DNA of 64,000 bases. It comes from an uncultured delta proteobacterium. Lineage in GTDB: Bacteria > Desulfobacterota > Desulfobacteria > Desulfobacterales > JAFDCJ01. Positions 39,490-48,625 of this stretch are shown in pieces. Each line of letters begins with the position of its first letter. The first letter of the stretch is position 1. A program made the translations under genes and the position numbers. The stretch is from the NCBI GenBank assembly GCA_963769935.1, contig CAVYNY010000032.1, positions 192,001 to 256,000 on the forward strand, written 5' to 3'. A model generated the notes under the pieces. That model saw nothing but the letters and a program-made list of their open reading frames with translations. It was not told the DNA's origin and made no database searches.

Positions 39490-39876
39490 GTGGAGATTCA
39501 AAAACGCATACTGACGTTTGTGACCCGTTCAAACTGGATCCTGTTTGTTGGGATCAGCATCCTGGGTTTTTTGCTTTTGCCGGCTGAATTTGCCAGAGGC
39601 ATGCTATTTGGCGGTCTGCTTGTCACCCTGAATTTTCATTTGCTGGCGAGAACATTAAAACGAGCCCTTACCCCCCCGCATCTTTCCTCCCACAATATTG
39701 TTATTGCAAAATACTTTCTGCGCTTCATCGGCACCGGATTCATCATCTTCATCCTGATTGCCGGCAACTTTGTAAATCCTCTCGGACTTATTATAGGGCT
39801 TTCCGTGGTGGTCCTCAGCATCATGTTTGCGACCATGTGTGAAATTGCAAAACTTATTTTCAAGGAGGCAGTATAA
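39490..39876 (+). CDS. atpI: ATP synthase subunit I
   Basis: Four-TM protein (LNFHLL, KYFLRF, GLSVVV) directly before atpB. Confidence 0.8.
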   Translation: MEIQKRILTFVTRSNWILFVGISILGFLLLPAEFARGMLFGGLLVTLNFHLLARTLKRALTPPHLSSHNIVIAKYFLRFIGTGFIIFILIAGNFVNPLGLIIGLSVVVLSIMFATMCEIAKLIFKEAV

Positions 39877-39878
39877 GG

Positions 39879-40568
39879 ATGGAACATCCCTATCTATTTT
39901 TAGTCAAGCTGTTTGAGGCGATCGGGCTGGGACATTTCGCCCATCTCTATCCCCATGTGATTTATTCCTGGTTTGTGATCCTTCTGCTGATTGTCTTTGC
40001 GATCCTGGCAACCCGCAAAATAGAGATGATTCCCACCAAGGGGCAGAACTTTTTTGAGATTGTTATCTCCGGCATGGAAGAGTTCATGGTCGATATCACC
40101 GGTGAAGAAGGGCGCTGGTTCTTCCCGATTATTGCTACCATATTTATTTATATTGTAGTCTGCAACTTATTGGGACTGGTCCCCGGGTTCTATCCCCCCA
40201 CGGCCAGTCTCAATACAACCGTATCCTGTGCCATTCCGGTGTTTGTGTTTACGCATTTTATCGGTGTCAAATATCACGGCCTAAAATATATCAAACAATT
40301 TATCGGACCTGTCTGGTGGCTGATTCCAATTTTCTTACCCATTGAAGTCATCGGCCATCTGGCAAGGGTTCTGTCCCTATCCTTTCGTCTTTTCGGCAAC
40401 ATGACCGGTCATGAACTGGTGCTGGGGATCTTGTTCATGTTGGCCGGCGCTTTCTTCGCGCCGCTGCCGATCATGGTCATGGGTATTTTCGTGGCATTCG
40501 TTCAGGCCTTTGTCTTTTTCCTGCTGTCAATTATGTATTTCACCGGCGCCATGGAGGAAGCACACTAG
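39879..40568 (+). CDS. atpB: F0F1 ATP synthase subunit a
   Basis: QNFFE, NLLGLVPG, SLSFRLFGNM, QAFVF. Confidence 0.96.
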   Translation: MEHPYLFLVKLFEAIGLGHFAHLYPHVIYSWFVILLLIVFAILATRKIEMIPTKGQNFFEIVISGMEEFMVDITGEEGRWFFPIIATIFIYIVVCNLLGLVPGFYPPTASLNTTVSCAIPVFVFTHFIGVKYHGLKYIKQFIGPVWWLIPIFLPIEVIGHLARVLSLSFRLFGNMTGHELVLGILFMLAGAFFAPLPIMVMGIFVAFVQAFVFFLLSIMYFTGAMEEAH

Positions 40569-40579
40569 GCGCAATAAGA

Positions 40580-40718
40580 GATTTAATATTTTCGATTGAA
40601 TATTGAAAATTTGAGGTTCGCCTTCGGCGGATCCATTTATAATAATTCAGCAAAGACAGCGCACAACGACATCCACGAATATTCAATATTCAATTTTCAT
40701 TATTCAATGATTTCAATG
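40580..40718. repeat. Inverted 7-bp-array element (TTGAATA / TATTCAA) between atpB and atpE
   Basis: gattgaatattgaaaattt ... gaatattcaatattcaattttcattattcaat; same family as 52355-52459. Confidence 0.85.
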
Positions 40719-40771
40719 GGTGAAATGGAAGAAGCCCAATAACATATCAACCGAAGGAGGTAAACTACAGT

Positions 40772-41053
40772 ATGGAAACGAAAGCATTAGAGTTTTTTAT
40801 CGCATGTGTTACGGCGGCCGGTTTCGGAATCGCGATTGCGGCCTTTGGATGTGGTATCGCCCAGGGTATCGGATTGCGAGCTGCAGTCGAGGGTATTGCC
40901 AGAAACCCCGAGTCATCCGGTAAAGTTACCGTTACTATGCTGATCGGTCTTGCTATGATCGAATCGCTGTGTATCTATGCGCTCGTCGTTGCGTTGATCC
41001 TTATTTTTGCGCATCCCCAGGCAGCCGCAATTAGCGCTCTGTTTGCACATTAA
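40772..41053 (+). CDS. atpE: F0F1 ATP synthase subunit c
   Basis: [30 protein letters not shown]. Confidence 0.96.
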   Translation: METKALEFFIACVTAAGFGIAIAAFGCGIAQGIGLRAAVEGIARNPESSGKVTVTMLIGLAMIESLCIYALVVALILIFAHPQAAAISALFAH

Positions 41054-41082
41054 TAATATAAGATGCGCTCGTTCATCCCAAA

Positions 41083-41117
41083 AGGCTGTGCCCGGCAGAC
41101 GGGCACAGCTTTTTTTT
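41083..41117 (+). terminator. Intrinsic terminator after atpE
   Basis: Stem gctgtgccc(g)...gggcacagc followed by a T8 run. Confidence 0.85.
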
Positions 41118-41330
41118 ATGCTAACATTGAAAAACGGGTCCATTCCAATATCCTACTCTGATGAAACGATTCTTTGCAGCTTTAATCGTATTGCCGGATT
41201 TCCTGAGACCGGCATACCCACCAAGAAAGTCCTGATTTATCGCTTTAGTTTCCCGACTGCCTGCCGATATAGGCCTTAAGATGCTGTCTTCTGTATGTAT
41301 TCAAATAAGATTCACTTAAGGTGATGGATT

Positions 41331-42191
41331 ATGGACGAAAATCATATCATGCAGCAGCTGAATAAAATCAAGGATATTCCAACGCTGCCAACCATTGTAT
41401 TTGAGCTGAACAAACACCTGGAGAACCCGGAGACCTCCATTGCCAAAGTCAGCGAGACCATCGAAAAAGATCAGGCGATGGCCTTAAAAATACTCAAGCT
41501 GGTCAATTCGGCCTTTTATGGCTTCAAATCCAGGGTCAGTAATATCAAAAATGCCGTGGTCCTGCTGGGCTTTAATGCCGTACGCAATGCAATTGTGTCC
41601 GTCTCCATCATCAATACCCTGCCCAAGACCCTTTTGTTTCAGGATTTTGAAATGAACGAGTTCTGGAGGCATTCCCTGGCAGTGGCGGTGACCAGCAAAA
41701 ATATTGCCCAGCGGGCGGGACTGGAGTCGCCGGACAATTGCTTCGTCGGCGGACTGCTGCACGATGTCGGCAAAGTGATCCTGGCCCAATACTTCCAGGA
41801 TCTGTTTGTCAAGGTCTGGTCCCGCATGCAACAGAAAAGTGTGTCCTTTCATGAAGCTGAGCTGCACGAACTGCCGGTCGATCATGCCAAGATCGGTGCT
41901 TATCTTGCCGAGCGCTGGGCGCTGCCCCAGGGGTTGATCGATGCATTACGCTGGCATCACGAGTTTCAGCCGGATATCCCCAACACCAATTTTGTCATGA
42001 TCATTTATCTGGCCAACATTCTGGTCAATGGCTATGACGAAAATCCGGATTGTACGATTGATATGAGTGCCATGCATCCGGAGGCAGTCAAATTTTTGAT
42101 GAGCCAGCTGCAAGGTACGGCGGACTGGTATTCCAGTCTGGCTGGTGAAATTGAGGCGGCCTACGAACTATTCCTGGAGCCGGACGCCTGA
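41331..42191 (+). CDS. HDOD domain protein
   Basis: IPTLP, KLVNSAFYG, FWRHS, GLLHDVGK, DHAKIG, HH. Confidence 0.92.
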   Translation: MDENHIMQQLNKIKDIPTLPTIVFELNKHLENPETSIAKVSETIEKDQAMALKILKLVNSAFYGFKSRVSNIKNAVVLLGFNAVRNAIVSVSIINTLPKTLLFQDFEMNEFWRHSLAVAVTSKNIAQRAGLESPDNCFVGGLLHDVGKVILAQYFQDLFVKVWSRMQQKSVSFHEAELHELPVDHAKIGAYLAERWALPQGLIDALRWHHEFQPDIPNTNFVMIIYLANILVNGYDENPDCTIDMSAMHPEAVKFLMSQLQGTADWYSSLAGEIEAAYELFLEPDA

Positions 42192-42192
42192 T

Positions 42193-42550
42193 GCGGGTTG
42201 CGGGTTGCGAGGTGCGTGTTGCGAGTAGGCAGAGGACAGAGGCTGAGAAGCGGGGAGACGGGGAGACGGAGAAACGGGGAGACGGGGAGACGGGGAGGCT
42301 GAGAAGCTGAGAAGCTGAGAAGCAAAGAAGCTAAGAAGCTGAGAAGCTGAGAAGTAGGGAAGCTGCTGAGTTCGTGAGCTCGTAAGTTCGTGAGCATCAA
42401 AACTCTTGAACATTCAGGAAACCCATTTGTCAGTTAAACCGATCAACTATCAGCTGGCCCTGTAATCCCTGCTGCCGTGAACCCAGCACTTTATACCTTA
42501 GCCCGGTACCTTTCATCTCTTGCCTCCAACCTCCAACCTCCAACCTCAAG
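42193..42550 (-). repeat. Composite modular element, copy IV
   Basis: tgcgggt array, acggggag and gctgagaa 8-bp arrays; block 42360-42472 shared with 28856-28969; block 42487-42530 shared with 56100-56142. Confidence 0.9.
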
Positions 42551-45365
42551 CCTTCAGGATTTTTGCCAGGTACTGGCCCGTATAGGAATCACTGATCCGG
42601 GTGATTTCCTCGGGCGTCCCGCACCCGATAACATAACCTCCCGCCTCGCCTCCCTCCGGTCCAAGATCAATGATGTGATCGGCGGTCTTGATGACATCCA
42701 TATTGTGTTCAATGACGATGACGGTATTGCCCGCCTCCACCAACTGATTGAGTACATCCAGCAGTTTGCGGATGTCATCGGCATGCAGTCCGGTGGTCGG
42801 TTCATCAAGAATATAAACCGTTTTGCCGGTTCCTTTTTTGCTGAGTTCGCGGGAAAGTTTTACCCGCTGGGCTTCTCCGCCGGATAACGTTGTGGCCGGC
42901 TGCCCGATCTGGATATATCCCAAACCCACCTCCTGCAGGGTTGCCAACTTTGATTTGATTTGCCCGATCCGCGCGAAAAAAGCCGTGGCCTGATTGACGG
43001 TCATCTCGAGGACTTCCTTGATGTTTTTGCCTTTATAGCGAATTTCCAGTGTTTCACGGTTATAGCGCTGGCCCTGACATACATCGCAGGCGACATAGAC
43101 ATCGGGCAAAAAGTGCATTTCGATTTTGATGATACCGTCGCCTTGGCAAGCCTCACAGCGGCCGCCCTTGACATTGAAGCTGAAACGGCCGGGTTTATAG
43201 CCCCGCAGGCGGGCTTCGGGCGTGCGGGAAAAAAGATCCCGGATGTGTGAGAACACACCGGTGTACGTCCCGGGATTGGAACGGGGCGTTCGGCCGATAG
43301 GGGACTGATCGATATTGACGGTTTTGTCGATATATTCAATGCCCCGCACCCGGGAGTGGGCGCCGGCCGGGATACCGGCCTGGCGAAGCCTTTGAACCAG
43401 GGCGGGATAAAGGGTTTCCAGCACCAGCGTAGATTTGCCGGATCCGGATACTCCGGTCACACAGGTAAAACAGCCCAGCGGAAAGGTAACATTGATATTT
43501 TTTAAATTATTGCGCGAAGCACCTTCCACTATCAGCGCTTGGCGGCGATGGGTGCGTCTGGCGGCGGGAACCGGAATGGATTTGCGCCCCGATAAATACT
43601 CCCCCGTCAGAGAGGTTTCATGGGTCAGCAAATCGGCAGGCGTACCGGCAAAAACCACCTGCCCGCCGTTAACCCCCGCGCCGGGTCCCATGTCGACGAT
43701 ATAATCGGCGGCCCGAATGGTTTCTTCGTCATGTTCCACCACCAGCACGGTGTTGCCGAGATCGCGCATTTTAAAAAGCGTGTCCAGCAGGCGCTGATTA
43801 TCTTTCTGGTGCAGTCCGATGCTGGGCTCATCCAGTACGTACATCACCCCTGTCAGCTTGGATCCGATCTGGGTGGCCAGACGAATGCGTTGACTTTCAC
43901 CGCCGGACAGGGATTGGGCGGCGCGGTCGAGGGTCAGGTAGGATAGTCCGACATTTTGCAGAAATCCGAGGCGCTCTACGATTTCCCGCAGGATTCGGCG
44001 GGCAATGATCTCTTTGATGCCCTTCAGGCGGAGATTCAGGAAAAAGTCGCGACAGCGAGCCACTGACAAAGCCGTGATGTCGGAAATATTGCGGTTGTCG
44101 ATTTTCACTGATCGACCGGCTTGATTTAATTTTGTGCCGCCACATTCCGAACAGGGCCGAAAGTTCATGTAGCGGTTAATATCCACCCGGATGTAGTTGG
44201 AATCGGTCTCGCGGTAACGGCGTTCCAGATTGGGAATGACGCCTTCAAACGGCTTTTGATACGTATAGCGGCGATTGCCGCGTTCAAAATAAAACGTGAT
44301 CGGCCGGCTGCCGGAGCCGTAAAGCAGGACGTGCTGGAAATCTTCCGGCAGATCTTTGTAGGGCGTGTAGATATCAACACCGTATTGCTGGGTCAACGCA
44401 TCCAGAAATTCGATGAAATGCATGCTGTTTCTTTTGGACCAGACAAGCACGGCGCCCTCGCGCAGGGAAAGCGCACGGTTTGGGATGATAAGTTCCGGAT
44501 CCAATTCGGTCGTCCACCCCAGACCGTCGCAGTTGGGGCAGGCACCCTGGGGAGAATTGAAAGAAAAGCTGGCGGGTGAAAATTCGGGATAACTGATACC
44601 GCATGCAAGGCAGGCGGATTTTTCACTGAAAAGGATTGTTTCTTTGTCCGGTATGTCCACCGCGACGAGTCCACCGGCTTGGGCCAGGGCCAGTTCCAGT
44701 GAATCCGCCAGACGTTTGCGGACAGCCTCTTTAATAATGAGGCGGTCGACGACCACGTCGATATCATGCTTTTTGGTTTTGCCGATTTCTGCGACGTCTT
44801 CGATGTCCAGCGTCCGGCCGTCAACGCGCACCCTTGCATAGCCTTCTTTTTTCAGTCGCCTGAACAGTTTTTCGTGACTTCCCTTCTGACCTCTTATCAG
44901 GGGGGCGAGGATCATTACCCGGGTACCCTCGGTCAGTGACATGACGCTGTCGACGATCTGGTCGATAGTTTGGGATGCAATGGGACGGCCGCACTGATGA
45001 CAGTGCGGTGTTCCGACCCTGGCATACAGCAGACGCAGGTAGTCATAGATTTCAGTCACCGTGCCGACCGTCGAACGCGGATTATGACTGGCTGTTTTTT
45101 GCTCGATGGCAATGGCCGGCGAAAGACCTTCGATCAGGTCCACATCAGGTTTATCCATGCGTTCTAAAAATTGACGGGCGTAGGTCGAAAGGGATTCGAC
45201 ATAGCGGCGCTGGCCTTCGGCATAAAGGGTGTCGAAGGCCAGGGTCGATTTGCCCGAGCCGGACAGGCCGGTGATGACCACGAGTTTGTCGCGCGGCAGC
45301 TCAATGTCGATATTTTTAAGATTATGCTGCCGCGCTCCCCGTACAATTATTTTTTCAGAAGACAT
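42546..45365 (-). CDS. uvrA: Excinuclease ABC subunit A
   Basis: [45 protein letters not shown]; about 940 aa. Confidence 0.98.
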   Translation of the reverse strand: MSSEKIIVRGARQHNLKNIDIELPRDKLVVITGLSGSGKSTLAFDTLYAEGQRRYVESLSTYARQFLERMDKPDVDLIEGLSPAIAIEQKTASHNPRSTVGTVTEIYDYLRLLYARVGTPHCHQCGRPIASQTIDQIVDSVMSLTEGTRVMILAPLIRGQKGSHEKLFRRLKKEGYARVRVDGRTLDIEDVAEIGKTKKHDIDVVVDRLIIKEAVRKRLADSLELALAQAGGLVAVDIPDKETILFSEKSACLACGISYPEFSPASFSFNSPQGACPNCDGLGWTTELDPELIIPNRALSLREGAVLVWSKRNSMHFIEFLDALTQQYGVDIYTPYKDLPEDFQHVLLYGSGSRPITFYFERGNRRYTYQKPFEGVIPNLERRYRETDSNYIRVDINRYMNFRPCSECGGTKLNQAGRSVKIDNRNISDITALSVARCRDFFLNLRLKGIKEIIARRILREIVERLGFLQNVGLSYLTLDRAAQSLSGGESQRIRLATQIGSKLTGVMYVLDEPSIGLHQKDNQRLLDTLFKMRDLGNTVLVVEHDEETIRAADYIVDMGPGAGVNGGQVVFAGTPADLLTHETSLTGEYLSGRKSIPVPAARRTHRRQALIVEGASRNNLKNINVTFPLGCFTCVTGVSGSGKSTLVLETLYPALVQRLRQAGIPAGAHSRVRGIEYIDKTVNIDQSPIGRTPRSNPGTYTGVFSHIRDLFSRTPEARLRGYKPGRFSFNVKGGRCEACQGDGIIKIEMHFLPDVYVACDVCQGQRYNRETLEIRYKGKNIKEVLEMTVNQATAFFARIGQIKSKLATLQEVGLGYIQIGQPATTLSGGEAQRVKLSRELSKKGTGKTVYILDEPTTGLHADDIRKLLDVLNQLVEAGNTVIVIEHNMDVIKTADHIIDLGPEGGEAGGYVIGCGTPEEITRISDSYTGQYLAKILKA

Positions 45366-45375
45366 GGTGTTCTTT

Positions 45376-45854
45376 TTTTCCACAATTACGGTTTTGCCCT
45401 GAACCCTGACGCGAAACCTTTAAATACTGGCATGGTTCACTTTTTTTTTCAAATAATTTTGCCGCAGGGACCGCGCGGGGTATTATCGTACCCGCTAAGG
45501 ACCTATTCTGATTGAAGTTTATTGCCCCAAAGTTATGAACATTTTATTTTAATCGCTTTTTTAAAATTTGAAGATATTGAAAGAGAATTAGAGAATTCAT
45601 GAGAAGCCGCGATTGTTAACAACTAACGGCAGTTCATGGATATGCTTAGAATGCTTGATAAAATCAATAGGCGTCCAAAGTTTGTGTTTAAGCCTTGTCG
45701 TCAAGTGGCCTATGAATAACTTAAATGAAAACGGGAAGATAAAAATTGTTCAAAAAAGGTTTCCCCCACAACTTAAACCACAGTTTATCAGGTTTGACAC
45801 ATTTAGCCGGATGCCTTAAATGGAGGCTCATGTTTGCTTCTGGCTAGTGCATAA
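45376..45854. promoter_or_regulatory. AT-rich uvrA/dnaA divergent region with a cluster of DnaA-box-like 9-mers
   Basis: Exact TTWTNCACA match at 45376-45384; one-mismatch sites at 45533(+), 45683(-), 45711(-), 45747(-) and 45846(-). Confidence 0.55.
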
Positions 45855-45983
45855 TCTGATGTAAACCTTCCCAGCCGAATAACTTCATTCGAATAACATT
45901 AACTTAAACCCGGCGGTTTTTTTTAGCCGCCAAGCTTTGGTTTTATCCTCCAAGCAGGATAACGAGTCGGAATATTACACCCT

Positions 45984-47323
45984 ATGGAAGCCGTCTGGAA
46001 CAAGGTAAAATCTACAATTAAGAAACGCATTCCCGCCCACAGCTACAAGATGTGGATTGAACCACTGCAAGTTGGTCAACCCGACAACCATTCCCTGCTT
46101 GTGCTCTGCCCGAATTTCTTTTCCAGAAAACGGGTGCAGGGCCTGTATGGTGAGATGCTGAAAATTGCCTTCGAAACCGTCTTGGGGCACGAATGTGAGC
46201 TTACGTATGAAATATCCATAAGGCCGATGAACCGAAACCTAAAGAGGTCGAGGATCCTCAGCTGCCGTTGCCCAATGACAATGTGCGGCCATATAACGGC
46301 CGGTTTTTACGCCGGGATTTTACCTTTGATCAGTTTGTTGTCGGCAGCAACAATGATTTTGCCTATTCAGCATCCCTGGCATTGGCCTGCCGCAAAAACA
46401 CCCAGCAAAATGCCTTATTCCTGCTGTCCAAGACCGGCATGGGGAAAAGTCATCTGTCCCAGGCGATCGGTCATCATGTAATGTCAATCCAACCCACGGA
46501 CCGGGTCTATTATATTACGGCTGAAGATTTCAGCAACGAGATGGTTCAGGCATACCGGCACAGTTCCATAGATAAATTTAAGGATAAATACCGCAACCAC
46601 TGTGATGTTTTACTGTTGGAGGATGTTCATTATCTCAGCGGTAAGGAGCGCACCCAGATAGAGCTTGCCTTGACCCTGGATACCCTGTTCGAATCCGGCA
46701 AACGCATCATTTTTTCCAGCTGTTATCTGCCGGCGGATATTCCCAAACTCAATGACAAGTTAAGTTCCCGTTTGTCCTGCGGGCTCATATCAACCATCGA
46801 TCCGCCGAATTTCAGGACCCGCGTGCGGATCCTGCAAAAGAAGGTGTGGACCAACTCGTATCAGCTCCCTGAAAACGTCATTCATTATCTGGCGGATGAA
46901 TTGACCGAGGACGTCCGGCAGCTTGAAAGCGGACTCAACGGTGTCGCCGCCAAATCATCGCTGCTGGGAATACCGGTTGATCTCAAACTGGCTGAAAGTG
47001 TCGTCAAAAATATTGTTCGCCAGCGCAAACGCATTACCATCGATGTTATCAAAAGACTGGTATGCAAATATTATAATGTCGGCTTGGATGAAATTGATTC
47101 ACGCTCCCGCAAACAAAACCATGTCCGACCCCGGCAAATAGCCATCTACCTGGCACGGCAATATACGGATGCTCCGTTGCAGACCATCGGCAAATCCTTC
47201 AACCGCTATCATGCCACCGCCCTGCATTCCATCAACTGCATTGAACGTGCGATGAAACAGGACAGCGCTCTTCAAAAACAGGTGGGGTTCTTCCGCCAGA
47301 AGCTGGAAAACGGCAAGTTCTAG
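45984..47323 (+). CDS. dnaA: Chromosomal replication initiator DnaA (divergent), split by a -1 frameshift in the domain II linker
   Basis: Domain I (WNKV..SYKMWIEPL..PNFF) is in frame 45984. Linker, AAA+ (FTFDQFVVG, GMGKSHL, LLLEDV) and domain IV (PRQIAIYLAR, IGKSFNRYHAT) are in frame 46268, which is open back to 46211. Confidence 0.85.
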
Positions 47324-47478
47324 GAATGTCGAATGTCGATTGACGAATGACTCTGGAATGTCGAACGAAGAATGAAGAATGCCGAATGAAGGTATTCTAT
47401 CATTTTTTAAAATAAATGATGGAGCGCAGCGGCCTCAACTATTCGACATTCGTCATTCTTCATTCCTGAGTCATTCCC
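47323..47478. repeat. Inverted 7-bp-array element (GAATGTC/GAATGAA ... GACATTC/TCATTC)
   Basis: ggaatgtcgaatgtcgattgacgaatgac...gaatgaagaatgccgaatgaa ... attcgacattcgtcattcttcattcc. Confidence 0.85.
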
Positions 47479-48255
47479 CTATATTTTCAATAGTCCAAGC
47501 ATTTCCTCATGGATATGGCCGTTGGTTGCCAGAAGCTCCTGATCATCCAGCGTGTAGGGCAAATTGCTGAATGTGGTTACCGTCGCTCCGGCTTCAGCCG
47601 CGATCAGGGCCCCGGCCGCCGCATCCCACGGCTTCAGGAATTGCTCCCAGAATCCTTCAAAGCGGCCGCCGGCCACATAGCAAAGATCAAGGGCCGCCGA
47701 GCCCAGCCTGCGTACGGCCTGAGAGGCTTTCAGACAATTGCCGTACCGGGTCATTATCGGTTCAAATACTTCCCGGATTTTATACGGAAAGCCGGTTACC
47801 AGCAAGCTTTCTGAGACCGGATGGTTTGAGGACACCTGAATCGGCCGGCCGTTGAGCTGCGCTCCCTGCCCGCGGATAGCTGAATACAGCTCACCGTTGA
47901 CAGGGTTTAGAACGATTCCGAGAACAATGTCCTGTCGAAAAGTCAGGGCGATGGATATGCTGAAAATCGGAATCCGGTGGGCGAAATTGACCGTACCGTC
48001 CAAAGGATCGATAATCCAACGGTATTCGGTCGAGCCTTCTTTCAGGCCGCATTCTTCGCTCAGGAAGGCATGTTCCGGAAATCTGGCCTGGATCGTGGTG
48101 ATAATCTCTTTTTCGGATTCGGTATCAGCCTCGGTAACAATTTCTACAGCATCCTTTTTGCGGACATGGGAAATGTTGCCGAATCGCGATTGCAGTATGC
48201 GCGCCGCTTGATAAGCGGCCCTAACCGCCACCTGCTTATAGGGTTCAAAATCCAT
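47479..48255 (-). CDS. suhB: Inositol monophosphatase family protein
   Basis: VTEAD, SEE, WIIDPLDGTVNF, RRLGSAALDL, WDAAAG. Confidence 0.93.
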   Translation of the reverse strand: MDFEPYKQVAVRAAYQAARILQSRFGNISHVRKKDAVEIVTEADTESEKEIITTIQARFPEHAFLSEECGLKEGSTEYRWIIDPLDGTVNFAHRIPIFSISIALTFRQDIVLGIVLNPVNGELYSAIRGQGAQLNGRPIQVSSNHPVSESLLVTGFPYKIREVFEPIMTRYGNCLKASQAVRRLGSAALDLCYVAGGRFEGFWEQFLKPWDAAAGALIAAEAGATVTTFSNLPYTLDDQELLATNGHIHEEMLGLLKI

Positions 48256-48269
48256 AGTATCCTCACTAT

Positions 48270-48618
48270 AAAAGGGTTTAGAGGTTTGGGGCTCCGCCCT
48301 TCGGGCTTCGACCCCACACGCAGGGCTGAGTTTTAAGTTTGAGAGGTTGTGAAGCTGGGAGGCTCGGAAGCTGGGAAACGGGGAAGCGGGGAAGCGGGGA
48401 AGTTGAGAAGTCGAGAAGTCGAGATGGTGCCTCCGACCTCTAACCTCAAGCTTCCAACATCACTACCGTCTGCCCTGCACCTTTATCCTTTAACCTGTCA
48501 GCTATGAGCTATCAACTGGCGCGCCGGCGCCTTGCTTTTTACGCTATGCGCCATGCTCTATGCCCCCTGCCCACATCCTGCAACCCGCAACACGCCTCCA
48601 ACCTCAAACCTCAAGTCC
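48270..48618 (-). repeat. Composite modular element, copy V
   Basis: gaagcggg and gagaagtc arrays, gagatggtgcctcc, gctatgagctatcaactggcgcgccggcgccttgctttttacgctatgcgccatgctcta (reverse complement matches 55941-55993). Confidence 0.88.
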
Positions 48619-48625
48619 TTACCAC

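Noticed and set aside
45390..45420. GGTT-N8-AACC as a LexA box before uvrA
   Set aside because: It does not fit a LexA consensus I can confirm, and it overlaps a degenerate ccctgaa heptamer run.
46200..46270. Programmed -1 ribosomal frameshift in dnaA
   Set aside because: No X XXY YYZ slippery heptamer or clear stimulatory structure; an indel is the simpler explanation.
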